From: a virus
Strand: one strand, 5' to 3'
Length of the DNA: 64,000 nt
IMG/VR virus record: IMGVR_UViG_3300022748_000015
Location: 1-64,000 of that record
Shown here: positions 16,301-25,860 of the stretch, in pieces
Layout: each line of letters opens with the position of its first letter
Position numbering within the stretch: the first letter of the stretch is position 1
The notes under the pieces: generated by a model
What the model was told of the DNA's origin: nothing
Database searches by the model: none
What the model saw: only the letters and a program-made list of their open reading frames with translations
Position numbers and translations under genes: made by a program

Positions 16301-17778
16301 TACAGAGCTCACTTCCAACAACTAAGTTAGCTATCCTGAAGGATCAGAAAACCCCTCTAACTGCATACAAGGGACGTGTCCAAGGTCGACGACTTCGTGA
16401 AGCACGTGGATTTACTTACAACCCGACTCAGTTGCGATTCCCTGATCAGCCATCTATCCCGGACCGTGTCATGCTTGTTGACGACCTAACTCCTGGAGAT
16501 AGCTTCTATGGCAAGGGTGGAAATAACCTAGGTCACATCGTTGAAGTAGTTCCAATCACTGGTAAGGATGACAAGCCAGGTTATGGAATTATGTATATCG
16601 ATGGCAATGGTGACATCCACAAGGTTGCTGTAGCTTCGGGCGAGAAGCGTGGACCTAATGTACAGATTAGCGATGCTAAAAAATCCTCTATAGCAGAGCC
16701 AACTCCTGCAGCAGAAACACCTGTAGGTAAAGTTATTAATAGTAACACCGATGAGTCTGATCCTGATTTTGATCTAGAGTCAATTCAGTTCACTACTGAC
16801 CCTAATACAGTAGAGAAGCCTAAGTCTGTTGGTCTTGACTTCAATCTTCCTTCTAACGCAGTACGTCGTTCAGAGGAGCAGCTACAGTTAAACGAGCAGA
16901 TCCAGGCAGAGATTGACCAGATGACTGCCGGACTAACTACTGCCATGGGACCAAACTGGACTTATGACAAGAGCTCATTCCAGGCTTCTTCGTTCTATAG
17001 CGCAGCGGCTTTCGATGAACTAGTTGCCAAGGCTAAGGAATCACACCCTGACCTCTCGGAAAGCCAGATTAGAACCCTTCTTGAACTCCAGCATGCTAAG
17101 GCATCTGGTTACTTTGCTATGAGCAAGGACCAGATTATGGATCGTATATTCCAGGAAGCTGCTACATACAGTAAGGCCGATGGTGTAGTTCAAAAGCTTC
17201 AAATTGATGTAGCTAAAACTAAGGATGGCCAGATCGAGCTAGCTGTAACTCCTGAAGAGAAGGCTAAATATGACCAGGCACTTTCTGACATCGAAAACTT
17301 TGCATCAAATGCCAAGATGGGACCACTATTTGACCCACAGAAGCACAATATCCGCATTGTAAATGGATCTGGTAAGTTTGCAGACCTATATAAGTCAGCT
17401 GGGTGGACCACCTCAACTAGAGGCCAAATTGCAAACCAAGTGCTTGGTGTAAATATTTCGATGCCTACAAAGGATGATAAGAAGACTGTATCGATTCTGA
17501 TCAATAACAGTCTGCTTAGAAGTGGTGCAGGTCCAGAAGGATTCGTTAATCCAATTGGTGACACCCTAACTCACGAGTTTGGGCACACTGTACACCGAAC
17601 CTTAGAGGATTCGAGCTTCTATGGCGGTCCTTACGCTAAGGCATTCAAGGAATACATCACTCGTTATGGAAAGTCTAAGCAGGAAGAACACTTTGCCGAG
17701 TCCTTCTCTAAGTACATCCAGACCGGCCAATCAACTCCAACATTCTTCCAGTTCCTACAATCTGTTGGCTTAGCGTAA
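13354..17778 (+). CDS. 1474-aa head-region protein with a C-terminal HExxH zinc-metallopeptidase-like domain
   Basis: THEFGHTVH followed by YG....EEHFAESF; Pro/Glu/Ala linker; lies between portal and protease. Confidence 0.7.
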   Translation: MSKLSFAQKTALVAAAGFNDGANKGFWRKQWRDRLGKWAEMGRGIDFKMQTKSGVVDGHGVFIGGTDKPGFGRVMVEGQENNGLPSGVYHIASANGQEYAARLPEGALKDQGIELKDTMGNNVGDRQASDIQSLEGTQIDPITEEDRKLSKEAPNPEQAKLIQQERDNSPVAKLPAGSESRLSSEELQNLMQGDSTATDAKDSPEASGWSKGEAGRNRPGQTYYYTKVGNVRLGAYTYQGENTVQVNGENFTNYYDNWSDFQKDLPNFLEQDKKMSIAEAKSLLKPYDTDGSLSKMIDNGANGTDIATALLSNEDWKKDSQIAFDSNWADNRTREENAAHSRTGNARSAQFVLDRFAPEQNKGSKEDAIAADLFKAAITGNDLPTIDSLESKLQDKGSEPDDKFQMDPWLYQITPGSEIDYNDYVVNPENSDQILKVKDFNPSDMDGATEVLNVVGVDENGNEVTFKLPENKEFRKVMEWKAKPNSTQVDSTPKDIAPENAVYVALKDLQAGDKFYNESGDLMGTVDSTEPAKDPEKIKVNYTNASGEKKLVVSYGENTYATDRKPEDNAQAPEAAPAEQPTPTETPAVEAPAEPTPAVEAPAEPTPIQEVAPTPEAPVEPKPTPTNVKPKPRANDTGKLIPRPKFTEGQLNQLRKTKLEGLVDDTGAAVLEYDSNGKPYQPKDPNAMLNFLAKVYPNAKFNDQGQLVLMRQVSNENGKKIQWEIRAANSGDKKIIYMFNFKDLNTGQEETLIHKDARDSVQALLGKTNSPEMLADILTGIETRKFGRFDTANARDILERAHYFTLQGRTKNIRDLVNHYANGFAARFNPKNGTQLEAEVKSLFDSFWAGDSETTRQRMLAVFGRIPMDKQSHAIARKALRDMFRDRYPHESGRKFGALVSTASATVRGQQFDTPETRAIPYSSANKVDAVEEGMTVEYTNNIGEKSVLKVIARQKVNTANPTQSGDIFDYGDYVTVQDMNGVQSSLPTTKLAILKDQKTPLTAYKGRVQGRRLREARGFTYNPTQLRFPDQPSIPDRVMLVDDLTPGDSFYGKGGNNLGHIVEVVPITGKDDKPGYGIMYIDGNGDIHKVAVASGEKRGPNVQISDAKKSSIAEPTPAAETPVGKVINSNTDESDPDFDLESIQFTTDPNTVEKPKSVGLDFNLPSNAVRRSEEQLQLNEQIQAEIDQMTAGLTTAMGPNWTYDKSSFQASSFYSAAAFDELVAKAKESHPDLSESQIRTLLELQHAKASGYFAMSKDQIMDRIFQEAATYSKADGVVQKLQIDVAKTKDGQIELAVTPEEKAKYDQALSDIENFASNAKMGPLFDPQKHNIRIVNGSGKFADLYKSAGWTTSTRGQIANQVLGVNISMPTKDDKKTVSILINNSLLRSGAGPEGFVNPIGDTLTHEFGHTVHRTLEDSSFYGGPYAKAFKEYITRYGKSKQEEHFAESFSKYIQTGQSTPTFFQFLQSVGLA

Positions 17779-17799
17779 AGAATAGGATAGGATTTATTC

Positions 17800-17979
17800 A
17801 TGGCAGATAGCACTAACGAAAATATCGTAACCGTAATCATTGATACCCCTGAGGGTGCAGAAGAGAAAGAGATTGACCTAGAGTCGCTCTCTCTCGAGGA
17901 GCTTGCTCAGCTTGCTCAGTTTGCTCCCGGTATCAAGGACTACTACGGTACTCGACTTATCGCAGAGCTCGGTAAGTAA
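17800..17979 (+). CDS. 59-aa acidic protein (not in ORF track)
   Basis: AGGA RBS; MADSTNENIV...LIAELGK*. Confidence 0.7.
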   Translation: MADSTNENIVTVIIDTPEGAEEKEIDLESLSLEELAQLAQFAPGIKDYYGTRLIAELGK

Positions 17980-17990
17980 TTTACTACTAT

Positions 17991-17998
17991 GGTAAAAT
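17991..17998 (+). promoter_or_regulatory. -10-only promoter GGTAAAAT
   Basis: Same class as 8947, 23528, 30284 and 35059. Confidence 0.5.
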
Positions 17999-18035
17999 AA
18001 TAGTTAGCGCTAGCTAGCTATAGACTAGGAATGCA

Positions 18036-18434
18036 ATGGCTGAACAAATTCAAGATCAACCGAGTGACCTTATCACTCTATACTGCTACGTCAACAAGAA
18101 GACAAATCTTGTAGAGGCGATAGTTGCATACAGCCTTTTTGGTATGAATATCCGAGTAAACAGTGACTGGGAGATTCTAAAGCGCACTGATCCAAAGCTT
18201 GCTGAATATTTAAATAGCGATGACTACCGCACCTTCCGCGTTGACTGGGACCTAGAGCCAACTCCTGCAGCTGATCTCGATCCTGAAAATGATGAAGAGT
18301 GGGAGCACCAGCTCGTTCAGATGTGGGACAAGGGAGAACCTATCTCCACCAATGACTTGACCAAGTATAGTCATGAAGTAAATACCTCTGCAGCCGTGGA
18401 TAGAACTCCCGAAGCAGACGACTCCGAGGAATAA
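18036..18434 (+). CDS. hypothetical acidic protein
   Basis: Clean ORF in the head operon. Confidence 0.75.
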   Translation: MAEQIQDQPSDLITLYCYVNKKTNLVEAIVAYSLFGMNIRVNSDWEILKRTDPKLAEYLNSDDYRTFRVDWDLEPTPAADLDPENDEEWEHQLVQMWDKGEPISTNDLTKYSHEVNTSAAVDRTPEADDSEE

Positions 18435-18435
18435 A

Positions 18436-20007
18436 ATGATCGAGTTCATTGGAAGAGACGGAGATCTTTCTCTGTTTGGTGGAGACTCTAAGGGAGTTAT
18501 TGTCAACACTTCACTAAGTATTGTTGTACAAGTTGGCGACCTAGATACCCTTTCCACGGCATTCCAATGGGATAAGAGAGGAACCTCCTTCTCTAACAAT
18601 GATCTTGATCTGGCTACTGATGCTGCTGTAGAACTTAACGCTAAGGCAATTATTGCTGCGGCTAGCCGTATGTACACTATCCCTGGTGGAGTACAGGCAG
18701 AAGCTAAAAAAGCGCTTAAGTGGCATGCAGACGAGCACCGAGGTGGTACTCCTGTTGGTATGAACACTGCTCGCACGCTTGCAAAGGGCGGACAGATCGG
18801 CCTTCACAAGATTCGCCACATTGCTAAGTACTTCCCTCGTCACGAGGTTGACAAGAAGGGTCCGGGTTGGAATCCTGGAGAAGATAACTTCCCTTCAAAT
18901 GGCCGCATTGCTTGGGCCCTCTGGGGTGGAGACGCTGCGCAACGCTGGGCATCTGCAATCGTAGAGCGTGAGAACAAGAAGGCTATCACTGCTGGTGGTT
19001 ACGAACTTCCTGGATATGACAACTACCTAGAGCCATCAGACTTACCTGAAACCTACGATCCATTTGTTGATGCAAATGATTTTGATATTGACAATGGTCC
19101 AGAGTTTATGATCCGTGTTCGCATGGATGGTACTGGAATCGATCGTCTTTACAAGGTAGAAATTGATGGAACCGTTTGGCTCTGGGATGGTTCGGCATGG
19201 GATAACCTAGGCCATGTTGATGGTGATGTCTATATGTACGACATGGAACTAGATGATCCATACGATACCTGCGATAAAGACCACTTTATTATTGATGCGA
19301 GCTCAGCTGTAATTGTCTCTGCTCTATTCAAGGAAACACCATATGGTCGTATCTCCGTTGATGCCATCGACGAGTTTGAAGCCAACTTAGCTGCAGATGC
19401 ATTAGGTGAGATTGACGTAGAGTTTATCGATCGAGTCATTACTGCTGCTGCTCCTGGAGCAGCCGGGTATACCTCACTTCCTTCAACGACTACCGATGGT
19501 AACTACACCCCTGCAGAGCGTTCGGCTAATACTGCTAAGCAGGTTAGAGATGCAAACGGGCGTTTTGCTAACCAGGGTGACCGTGTTGTAGTTGGTGGAG
19601 ATCGAGCTAATGGTTCTGGAACTGTAACTAATACTGACAATGGTAAGGCTACAGTTAAGTTGGACAATGGAAATACTATTTCTATCGATGGTAAGTTCAT
19701 GCAAAATGAGTCTGAGTTCATGAAAAACCACACCATGCCCCAGTCTTCCGGCATGCCTCTAGATCTTTCTGGGATTCTTGGAAAGCCTAGAATGCCAGAG
19801 GGTTCTAAGGCTCAACTGCCTGGAACTCTGAAGCCTTATTCGAGCGGCGATCTAAAGCAGATGCTTAGCAGCTGGCCAAAGTATGTAAGCAATATGCGTG
19901 CTGGATATAGAGCTGTTACTCAGAAGGACGTAGCTCAGTGGGCTCGACAGTCTGGAAAGAATGTTGCTCCTGGTGGTTTAGACCTGAAGCAGATCAATAA
20001 CTCATAA
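18436..20007 (+). CDS. multidomain head-morphogenesis-region protein
   Basis: GGTPVG..TAR.LA.G...YFPRHEVDKK...PSNGRIAWALWGGD domain typical of phage head modules; RDANGRF motif; KOW-like segment. Confidence 0.7.
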   Translation: MIEFIGRDGDLSLFGGDSKGVIVNTSLSIVVQVGDLDTLSTAFQWDKRGTSFSNNDLDLATDAAVELNAKAIIAAASRMYTIPGGVQAEAKKALKWHADEHRGGTPVGMNTARTLAKGGQIGLHKIRHIAKYFPRHEVDKKGPGWNPGEDNFPSNGRIAWALWGGDAAQRWASAIVERENKKAITAGGYELPGYDNYLEPSDLPETYDPFVDANDFDIDNGPEFMIRVRMDGTGIDRLYKVEIDGTVWLWDGSAWDNLGHVDGDVYMYDMELDDPYDTCDKDHFIIDASSAVIVSALFKETPYGRISVDAIDEFEANLAADALGEIDVEFIDRVITAAAPGAAGYTSLPSTTTDGNYTPAERSANTAKQVRDANGRFANQGDRVVVGGDRANGSGTVTNTDNGKATVKLDNGNTISIDGKFMQNESEFMKNHTMPQSSGMPLDLSGILGKPRMPEGSKAQLPGTLKPYSSGDLKQMLSSWPKYVSNMRAGYRAVTQKDVAQWARQSGKNVAPGGLDLKQINNS

Positions 20008-20072
20008 TCCCCTGTATATTTTCAAAGTATACTGTTAATAGCGACTATACGCGTATTCCTAGGAGATTCAAC

Positions 20073-20687
20073 GTGAGCGAAGCCGTAACTTCTACAACAA
20101 ATGTTGATGGAAAAGACGCTGCTCTTACTCCCGAGACTTCGGATGTCCCACCAAAATATCTGGCTGTAGTTTCTCCAGATGATTTAGGTGCTGTTATGGA
20201 TCTACTGGCTATTGTTCCAGCAAGTGCAACTAGCACTGAACCAATGGTGTATCAGCGTAAAGACCAAAAATGGGTTCCGTCAGATCAATATCTCCGTGAC
20301 CTAACCTCTCCAACCCCACCTCTTGTAGTTAAACTGCAGGGGGAGGACCTTAATTCAGTTCTAAAGCAGGTAGATGGCCTAGAAGCTGTCCAATCTAGTG
20401 CATTTGATCTAGATTCACATCTACTTTCCTTCTGGGTGGACTCGCTAACTGCAGCTGGAGGGCTAGACCGCAACCGTGGTAACGCAGAGAAGCTACGCCG
20501 CTACTGGGTACACGGAGAAGGTGCTGCAAAGATCCGCTGGGGTACCCAGGGTGACTGGGCAAGATGTGTTCGCCACTTAGAAAAATACCTTGGTGAAAGA
20601 GCTAAGGGTTATTGCCAACTACGTCACAAGGAAGCTATGGGAGTCTATACAGCTACCCACGCTAAGGAAGATCGTAAACATGGATAA
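20073..20687 (+). CDS. head-region protein with a KIRW...RC...YC domain
   Basis: C-terminal domain is duplicated in the next gene; AGGAG RBS. Confidence 0.7.
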   Translation: MSEAVTSTTNVDGKDAALTPETSDVPPKYLAVVSPDDLGAVMDLLAIVPASATSTEPMVYQRKDQKWVPSDQYLRDLTSPTPPLVVKLQGEDLNSVLKQVDGLEAVQSSAFDLDSHLLSFWVDSLTAAGGLDRNRGNAEKLRRYWVHGEGAAKIRWGTQGDWARCVRHLEKYLGERAKGYCQLRHKEAMGVYTATHAKEDRKHG

Positions 20688-23520
20688 CCAAGAATTTATT
20701 ATGGAAGAAGTTCTTACCAAGAACTACGGCACTCCTACTATCGTAACCGACGAAGATATGCTTATGCCTATCGAAGATATCATCAAGGCTCATCAGGATG
20801 ATGATATTTATGATGAAGACTTCACTCCCGAGCCAGAGATCCACAATCTCATGGAAGATGATGCCTGCAAGAAGGCTATGACGGCTGCTGGTGGCCACGA
20901 TCGCAATCGCGGCAATGCTGAAGAACTCCGCCACTACTGGACTCACGGTGAGGGTGGCGCAAAGATTCGTTGGAATACTCCTGGAGACTGGAAGCGTTGC
21001 GTACGCCACCTCGAGAAGTACCTCGGCCCTCGTGCAAAGGGTTATTGCCAACTCCGCCACAAGGAGATGGATGGTGTTTACACTGGTAGCCACCTAAACC
21101 CAGGTGGTAATGGTCACCACGGCCATTTCTCAGCCGAGGAATTCAACCAAAACGTTATTGAAGCATCAATCCTAGCTGCTAGAGTTGCTGATGCCAAGGA
21201 ACGTATGTCTCTGGTTGCATCATCTGGTGCAGATACAGGTGCTGCATTTGTTATTCCTCTACTAATTCCAGAGCAATTAGAGTCTGGCGACGGTAGAAGC
21301 TTTACTAAGGATGCAATCTCATTTAGAGAGCTCCCACTTCCGCTCATGTGGCAAATCAAGACTGGTGAAGGCCATTCTGGTTCCGTAGTTGTAGGTCGTA
21401 TTGACAACATGGAACGTCTAGAAAACGGTATTGGAAACGTTACAGGAGTCTTTGATACTGGACCATATGGCCGCGAAGCTCAACGTCTAGTGCAGAATGG
21501 CTTCCTGCGTGGAGTTTCTGCAGACTTAGATCAGTTTGAAGCTACTGAAGTTGATGCAGAAAATGCAGACGACACTTCAGATGCCACTAAGCCAAAGCTT
21601 TCCATAAATCACGCACGCGTGATGGCTGCTACAATTGTAGCTAAGCCTGCATTCCAAGAATGCACTATCACTATTCCCGCTGCAATTGCAGATACCCAGG
21701 AGGAAGACTTGATTCCTAATGACGGAATCTACGAAGAATCAGTTGATTCTTTCGCAGATATGCAAGCTATCACAGCCTCCGGGTTTCTAGAATCAGAGAT
21801 TCCGGTAGCTCCTCCTACAGAGTGGTTCAAGAAGCCAGCACTAACTAAGGCTACTCCGCTCACCGTGACCCCTGAAGGAAAGATCTTCGGTCACATTGCC
21901 GCTTGGCACGTAAACCACATTGGTATGCCACGTGCAACCCGTCCTCCTCGCTCACGTAGCAAGTATGCATACTTCCACACTGGTGTTGTTCGTACCGCTG
22001 AAGGCACCGACATGCCTGTAGGTCAGCTGACTCTTGCTGGCGGTCACGCTTCGCTTCAAGCAGATGCTCGTGCAGCTGCTAAGCACTACGATGACACTGC
22101 ATCTGCAATCGCTGACGTTCACGCTGGTGAAGATGACTACGGTATTTGGGTAGCAGGTTCGCTACGTCCAGATGCCACTGAGGCTCAGATCCGTGCACTA
22201 CGTGCATCTGCTCCTTCAGGAGACTGGCGTCCAATCGGCGGCTCACTCGAGCTTGTTGCAGTTTGCCAGGTTAACGTTCCTGGATTCCCTATCGCTCGTG
22301 CGATTGTAGCCGGTGGCCAGGTTATGGCCCTAGTTGCAGCTGGTGCATATGATATGGCAATTCTAAAGAGCGAAGCAGTAGCATCCCTCACCATGCGTGC
22401 TCAGGGGCTGAACGAGCTTGCAGCATCGGCACCTACTGACCTCAAGGCACGTGCTCGTAATGCAAAGAATAGCCTTAAGAAGAAGAACCTAGAAAGCCTA
22501 ACTGCTTCTGTTGGTTCTCTTAAGGATCGCGTAGCTGCCGCACAAGCCGAGGCTGAGTTCACATATATTCCTGAAGAAGTTCGTATGGAAGCCGCTAAGA
22601 AGGGCCACGCTCTTCCAGATGGATCATTCCCTATTGAAACCAAGGATGATGTAAAGGCTGCTATCCACGCTTATGGCCGAGCAAAGGCTTCTAAGAAGGC
22701 GGATGTTCGTAAGCACATCATCAAGCGTGCCCGTCAGCTCAAGGTGTCTGACCTAATCCCCGAAACTTGGAAGACTGCTGCATCATCAGAAGCTTCTGAC
22801 AAGGTTGCCAGCATGCGTGCCATGATTGCTTCGGTTTCAGAGTTTGCTGATGCTAAGGAAGCTACTCCAGAGCAGATCCAGAAGCTAGCTGAAGCTAAGG
22901 GCGCTGCTGATAAGCAGACTGAAGAAGAAGTTAAGGCAGCTAAGGAAGTAGCAAAGCTTAAGTACGCTACCCCTGAGCAGCGAGCCAAGGCTGATGAAGC
23001 TCGTCAGAATGGTCGCTACACCCCTAAGACTCAGCCACGTGATGACCGCGGAAAGTTCCGTGAAGTTCTTGCCCACTTGAAGCAGAACCTTGGTGTGGCA
23101 GGTCTTCAAGATGCCTTGAAGCAAGTACAGCACGTAGAGAAGCTTGACTTCGCTGGTAACTATGAAGAATCAGCAAAGGCTAGTTCAGAACTACTAAACC
23201 AACTTGACAGACTAGATTCAAAGGCCCTGAACCCTCAGGACCTAGCTAACGTCAAATCAACTGCTGCAGAGTTAGGTAAAGTTATTTCTAACCTACCTCT
23301 ACCTTTTGGGCAGGATGCTCAGAAGCTTAGATTTAGCGATCTTCCAGCCGGACTCAAGGAACTCATGGGTGACATGATTGACAGAGTTGGAAAGAAGATC
23401 GGTAAAAAGGATGGAGACATTGCTACGGCTAGTCTTAAGTCCTTTATGTCGGGTGGAGATGTTTATTCTCAGGGAGAAATCCAGTCTGAGATGAGCAAGC
23501 TTCTTCGACTCCTTACCTAA
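20680..23520 (+). CDS. capsid maturation protease, multidomain
   Basis: SGDGRSF...LPLPLMWQ...VVGRID...GVSADLD...AATIVAKPAFQE actinophage protease pattern; ALPDGSFPI (DUF6582-like) domain. ATG20680 preferred over track start 20590. Confidence 0.75.
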   Translation: MDNQEFIMEEVLTKNYGTPTIVTDEDMLMPIEDIIKAHQDDDIYDEDFTPEPEIHNLMEDDACKKAMTAAGGHDRNRGNAEELRHYWTHGEGGAKIRWNTPGDWKRCVRHLEKYLGPRAKGYCQLRHKEMDGVYTGSHLNPGGNGHHGHFSAEEFNQNVIEASILAARVADAKERMSLVASSGADTGAAFVIPLLIPEQLESGDGRSFTKDAISFRELPLPLMWQIKTGEGHSGSVVVGRIDNMERLENGIGNVTGVFDTGPYGREAQRLVQNGFLRGVSADLDQFEATEVDAENADDTSDATKPKLSINHARVMAATIVAKPAFQECTITIPAAIADTQEEDLIPNDGIYEESVDSFADMQAITASGFLESEIPVAPPTEWFKKPALTKATPLTVTPEGKIFGHIAAWHVNHIGMPRATRPPRSRSKYAYFHTGVVRTAEGTDMPVGQLTLAGGHASLQADARAAAKHYDDTASAIADVHAGEDDYGIWVAGSLRPDATEAQIRALRASAPSGDWRPIGGSLELVAVCQVNVPGFPIARAIVAGGQVMALVAAGAYDMAILKSEAVASLTMRAQGLNELAASAPTDLKARARNAKNSLKKKNLESLTASVGSLKDRVAAAQAEAEFTYIPEEVRMEAAKKGHALPDGSFPIETKDDVKAAIHAYGRAKASKKADVRKHIIKRARQLKVSDLIPETWKTAASSEASDKVASMRAMIASVSEFADAKEATPEQIQKLAEAKGAADKQTEEEVKAAKEVAKLKYATPEQRAKADEARQNGRYTPKTQPRDDRGKFREVLAHLKQNLGVAGLQDALKQVQHVEKLDFAGNYEESAKASSELLNQLDRLDSKALNPQDLANVKSTAAELGKVISNLPLPFGQDAQKLRFSDLPAGLKELMGDMIDRVGKKIGKKDGDIATASLKSFMSGGDVYSQGEIQSEMSKLLRLLT

Positions 23521-23527
23521 AAAGTAA

Positions 23528-23648
23528 GGTACAATTAGTGATAGGTGGAGCGCCTTGCATCTTTATGATTTAAGTCCCTCGGCCTGAACTGTTCACCAAT
23601 AGATAAGACAACTTATCTATCAAACCAAAACTGGCCTTAGGAGGTACA
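23528..23648 (+). promoter_or_regulatory. -10 box GGTACAAT and ~110-nt leader of the capsid gene with hairpin ATAGATAAG-acaa-CTTATCTAT
   Basis: Read directly; AGGAGG RBS before GTG23649. Confidence 0.55.
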
Positions 23649-25775
23649 GTGTACGACCAGATCAATGCTCAGCTTGACGGTCTCGCGGACCTCACTGATG
23701 AACAAATCAGTGAGCTTCAGAACGAGATCGTAAGCCAGTTTGAGATGGTTGAGGGTAATGACCCAACTCCTGAAACAGTTGATGCTATGACGTCTCTTGC
23801 AGACTCTCTTGACATCGTTCGTGGTGAGCTAGCTCGCCGAGAGGCACAAGCCGAAGAGCTAGCTGCCAAGGCAGCAGATGCTACCGCTCGTGTTAAGGGT
23901 ATGTCTCAAGAGACTGGAGAGGAATTAGCTATGGCTGATGACGCAACTAACCCAGAGGAGGCTCCTGTAGAGGAGACCACCCCTGCCGAAGAAGCTCCAG
24001 CTACCGACGCTGCCCCAGCAGAGGAAGCCGCCGCAGCTGCAGATGAGGAAACTCCTGCAGAGACCACCGTTGAGGGTGGTCAGGAGGAGCCTGCTGATGC
24101 AGCTCCTGCTATTGAGGACGCAGCCCCTGCAGATGCAGCTCCAGTAGACGAGACCCCAGCCGAGGCCCCTGGCCAGGCTGAGGAGGGTTCTGCTGAAGAG
24201 GAAGCTAAGGAAACCCCAGAAGAAGAGAAGAAGGAGCCTGTAAAGGCTTCCGCTGAGCCAGAGGAAGAGACTGCAGAAGTTGCAGAACCAACCGAGGCCG
24301 CAGCTTCAGATGAGACCGCATCAATTGATCAGGTAGAAGGTTCTGAACTTTCGACCGAAACCGCAGTAACCGAAGACCTTGCAGCAGATGCTGCCGAGGG
24401 ATCAGAGGCTTCTGCAGAAGAAACCACTCCAGAAACAACACCTATTGCTGACGAAGTTCAGCAGGAAGAGCAGGCAACCGTGACCGCCGCAGCAGAAGGA
24501 ACCTTCGAGGCTCCAGCTGACCGTCAGCCTGTAGTTCAGGTAGTAGAGGCAGCTCCAGTGGCAATCACTGCGGGCGCTGACATTCCTGGCTACACCGCCG
24601 GCAGCACAATCAACGACATGTCAGAAGTAGCTTCGGCTATGGAGAAGCGCATCCACTCGCTACGCCGTGTAAACGGTGGCGATGGTGAGCAGCACATCGT
24701 TGCATCTATCACTACCCAGTACCCAGAAGAGCGCACTCTTTCGACTGACGCTCTGTCGAACGCTGCCAAGATTGAGGCTGTAATCGGCCAGGACGCACTT
24801 GTTGCTTCTGGTGGACACGCTGCCCCATTCGAGGTTAAGTACGACATCTTCTCGCAGGGTTCAACCACTATCCGCCCAGTTCGCGATGCACTGCCTCGCT
24901 TCCAGGCTGACCGTGGTGGTATCCGCTTCGTGACCCCACCTTCATTTGCTGCTGGTACCTATGCTGACGCTGTTGGTGTATGGACTGCTGCTGTTGATGC
25001 AGACCCACAGAGCGCTACCAAGACCAGCTACACCGTAACCGCTGCTGGCGAGAACACTGTATCAACTGATGCAGTTACTCTACAGCTACAGTTCGGTAAC
25101 CTTATGACCCGTGCTTACCCAGAGCTTATCGCTCGCCACAACGAGCTAGCTCTTGTACAGCACGCTCGCGAGGCAGAGCAGAACCTTCTGGCTAAGATCG
25201 GTGCTGGTTCAACCGCTGTTACCACCTCGTCGCTCATTGGTTTCGGCCGTGACTTCTTGGTTCAGATCCGTCGTGCAGCTGTTGCTTACCGTAGCCGTCA
25301 CCGCATCGACCCTCAGACCACTCTGAAGGCAATCATCCCTACTTGGGTTTACGATGCAATGGCAGCTGACCTCACCCTAAGCATGCCTGGTGACAACACC
25401 CTTTCGGTTTCGAAGTCTGAAATCGATGGTTACCTTGCAACCGTTAACGTTGACCTCGTAGCTTCGCTCGATGCAAACGTATTCGGTACCCAGGGCGCTG
25501 GAGCTCTTCTCGAGTTCCCAGACACCTTCGACTGGTTCCTCTTCGCAGAGGGTACCTTCCTGTTCCTCGATGGCGGAACTCTTGACCTTGGTATCATCCG
25601 TGACTCATCACTGGTTGGCACCAACGACTACAAGATGTTCACCGAAACCTTCGAGAACGTTGCGAAGGTTGGTATCGAGGCTCTTAAGATCACCTCGACC
25701 ATCTCGGTTAACGGTGTGGCTGCTGCCCTCCGTGACACCACTGGTGGCGCAACTGCAGCTGCTATCGAGCTCTAA
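23649..25775 (+). CDS. major capsid protein with a long acidic N-terminal scaffold-like region
   Basis: Position, strong RBS, E/A/P-rich first ~280 aa followed by a capsid-sized globular domain, terminator after. Confidence 0.85.
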   Translation: MYDQINAQLDGLADLTDEQISELQNEIVSQFEMVEGNDPTPETVDAMTSLADSLDIVRGELARREAQAEELAAKAADATARVKGMSQETGEELAMADDATNPEEAPVEETTPAEEAPATDAAPAEEAAAAADEETPAETTVEGGQEEPADAAPAIEDAAPADAAPVDETPAEAPGQAEEGSAEEEAKETPEEEKKEPVKASAEPEEETAEVAEPTEAAASDETASIDQVEGSELSTETAVTEDLAADAAEGSEASAEETTPETTPIADEVQQEEQATVTAAAEGTFEAPADRQPVVQVVEAAPVAITAGADIPGYTAGSTINDMSEVASAMEKRIHSLRRVNGGDGEQHIVASITTQYPEERTLSTDALSNAAKIEAVIGQDALVASGGHAAPFEVKYDIFSQGSTTIRPVRDALPRFQADRGGIRFVTPPSFAAGTYADAVGVWTAAVDADPQSATKTSYTVTAAGENTVSTDAVTLQLQFGNLMTRAYPELIARHNELALVQHAREAEQNLLAKIGAGSTAVTTSSLIGFGRDFLVQIRRAAVAYRSRHRIDPQTTLKAIIPTWVYDAMAADLTLSMPGDNTLSVSKSEIDGYLATVNVDLVASLDANVFGTQGAGALLEFPDTFDWFLFAEGTFLFLDGGTLDLGIIRDSSLVGTNDYKMFTETFENVAKVGIEALKITSTISVNGVAAALRDTTGGATAAAIEL

Positions 25776-25793
25776 ATCGATAGAAATTAGTAG

Positions 25794-25820
25794 AGGGGGA
25801 GCCGGGCAACCGGCTCCCCT
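25794..25820 (+). terminator. terminator-like hairpin after the capsid gene
   Basis: AGGGGGAGCCGG-gcaa-CCGGCTCCCCT. Confidence 0.75.
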
Positions 25821-25860
25821 AATACAAAAAATTTAGACTTTAAATATTAAGGATTAAAGA

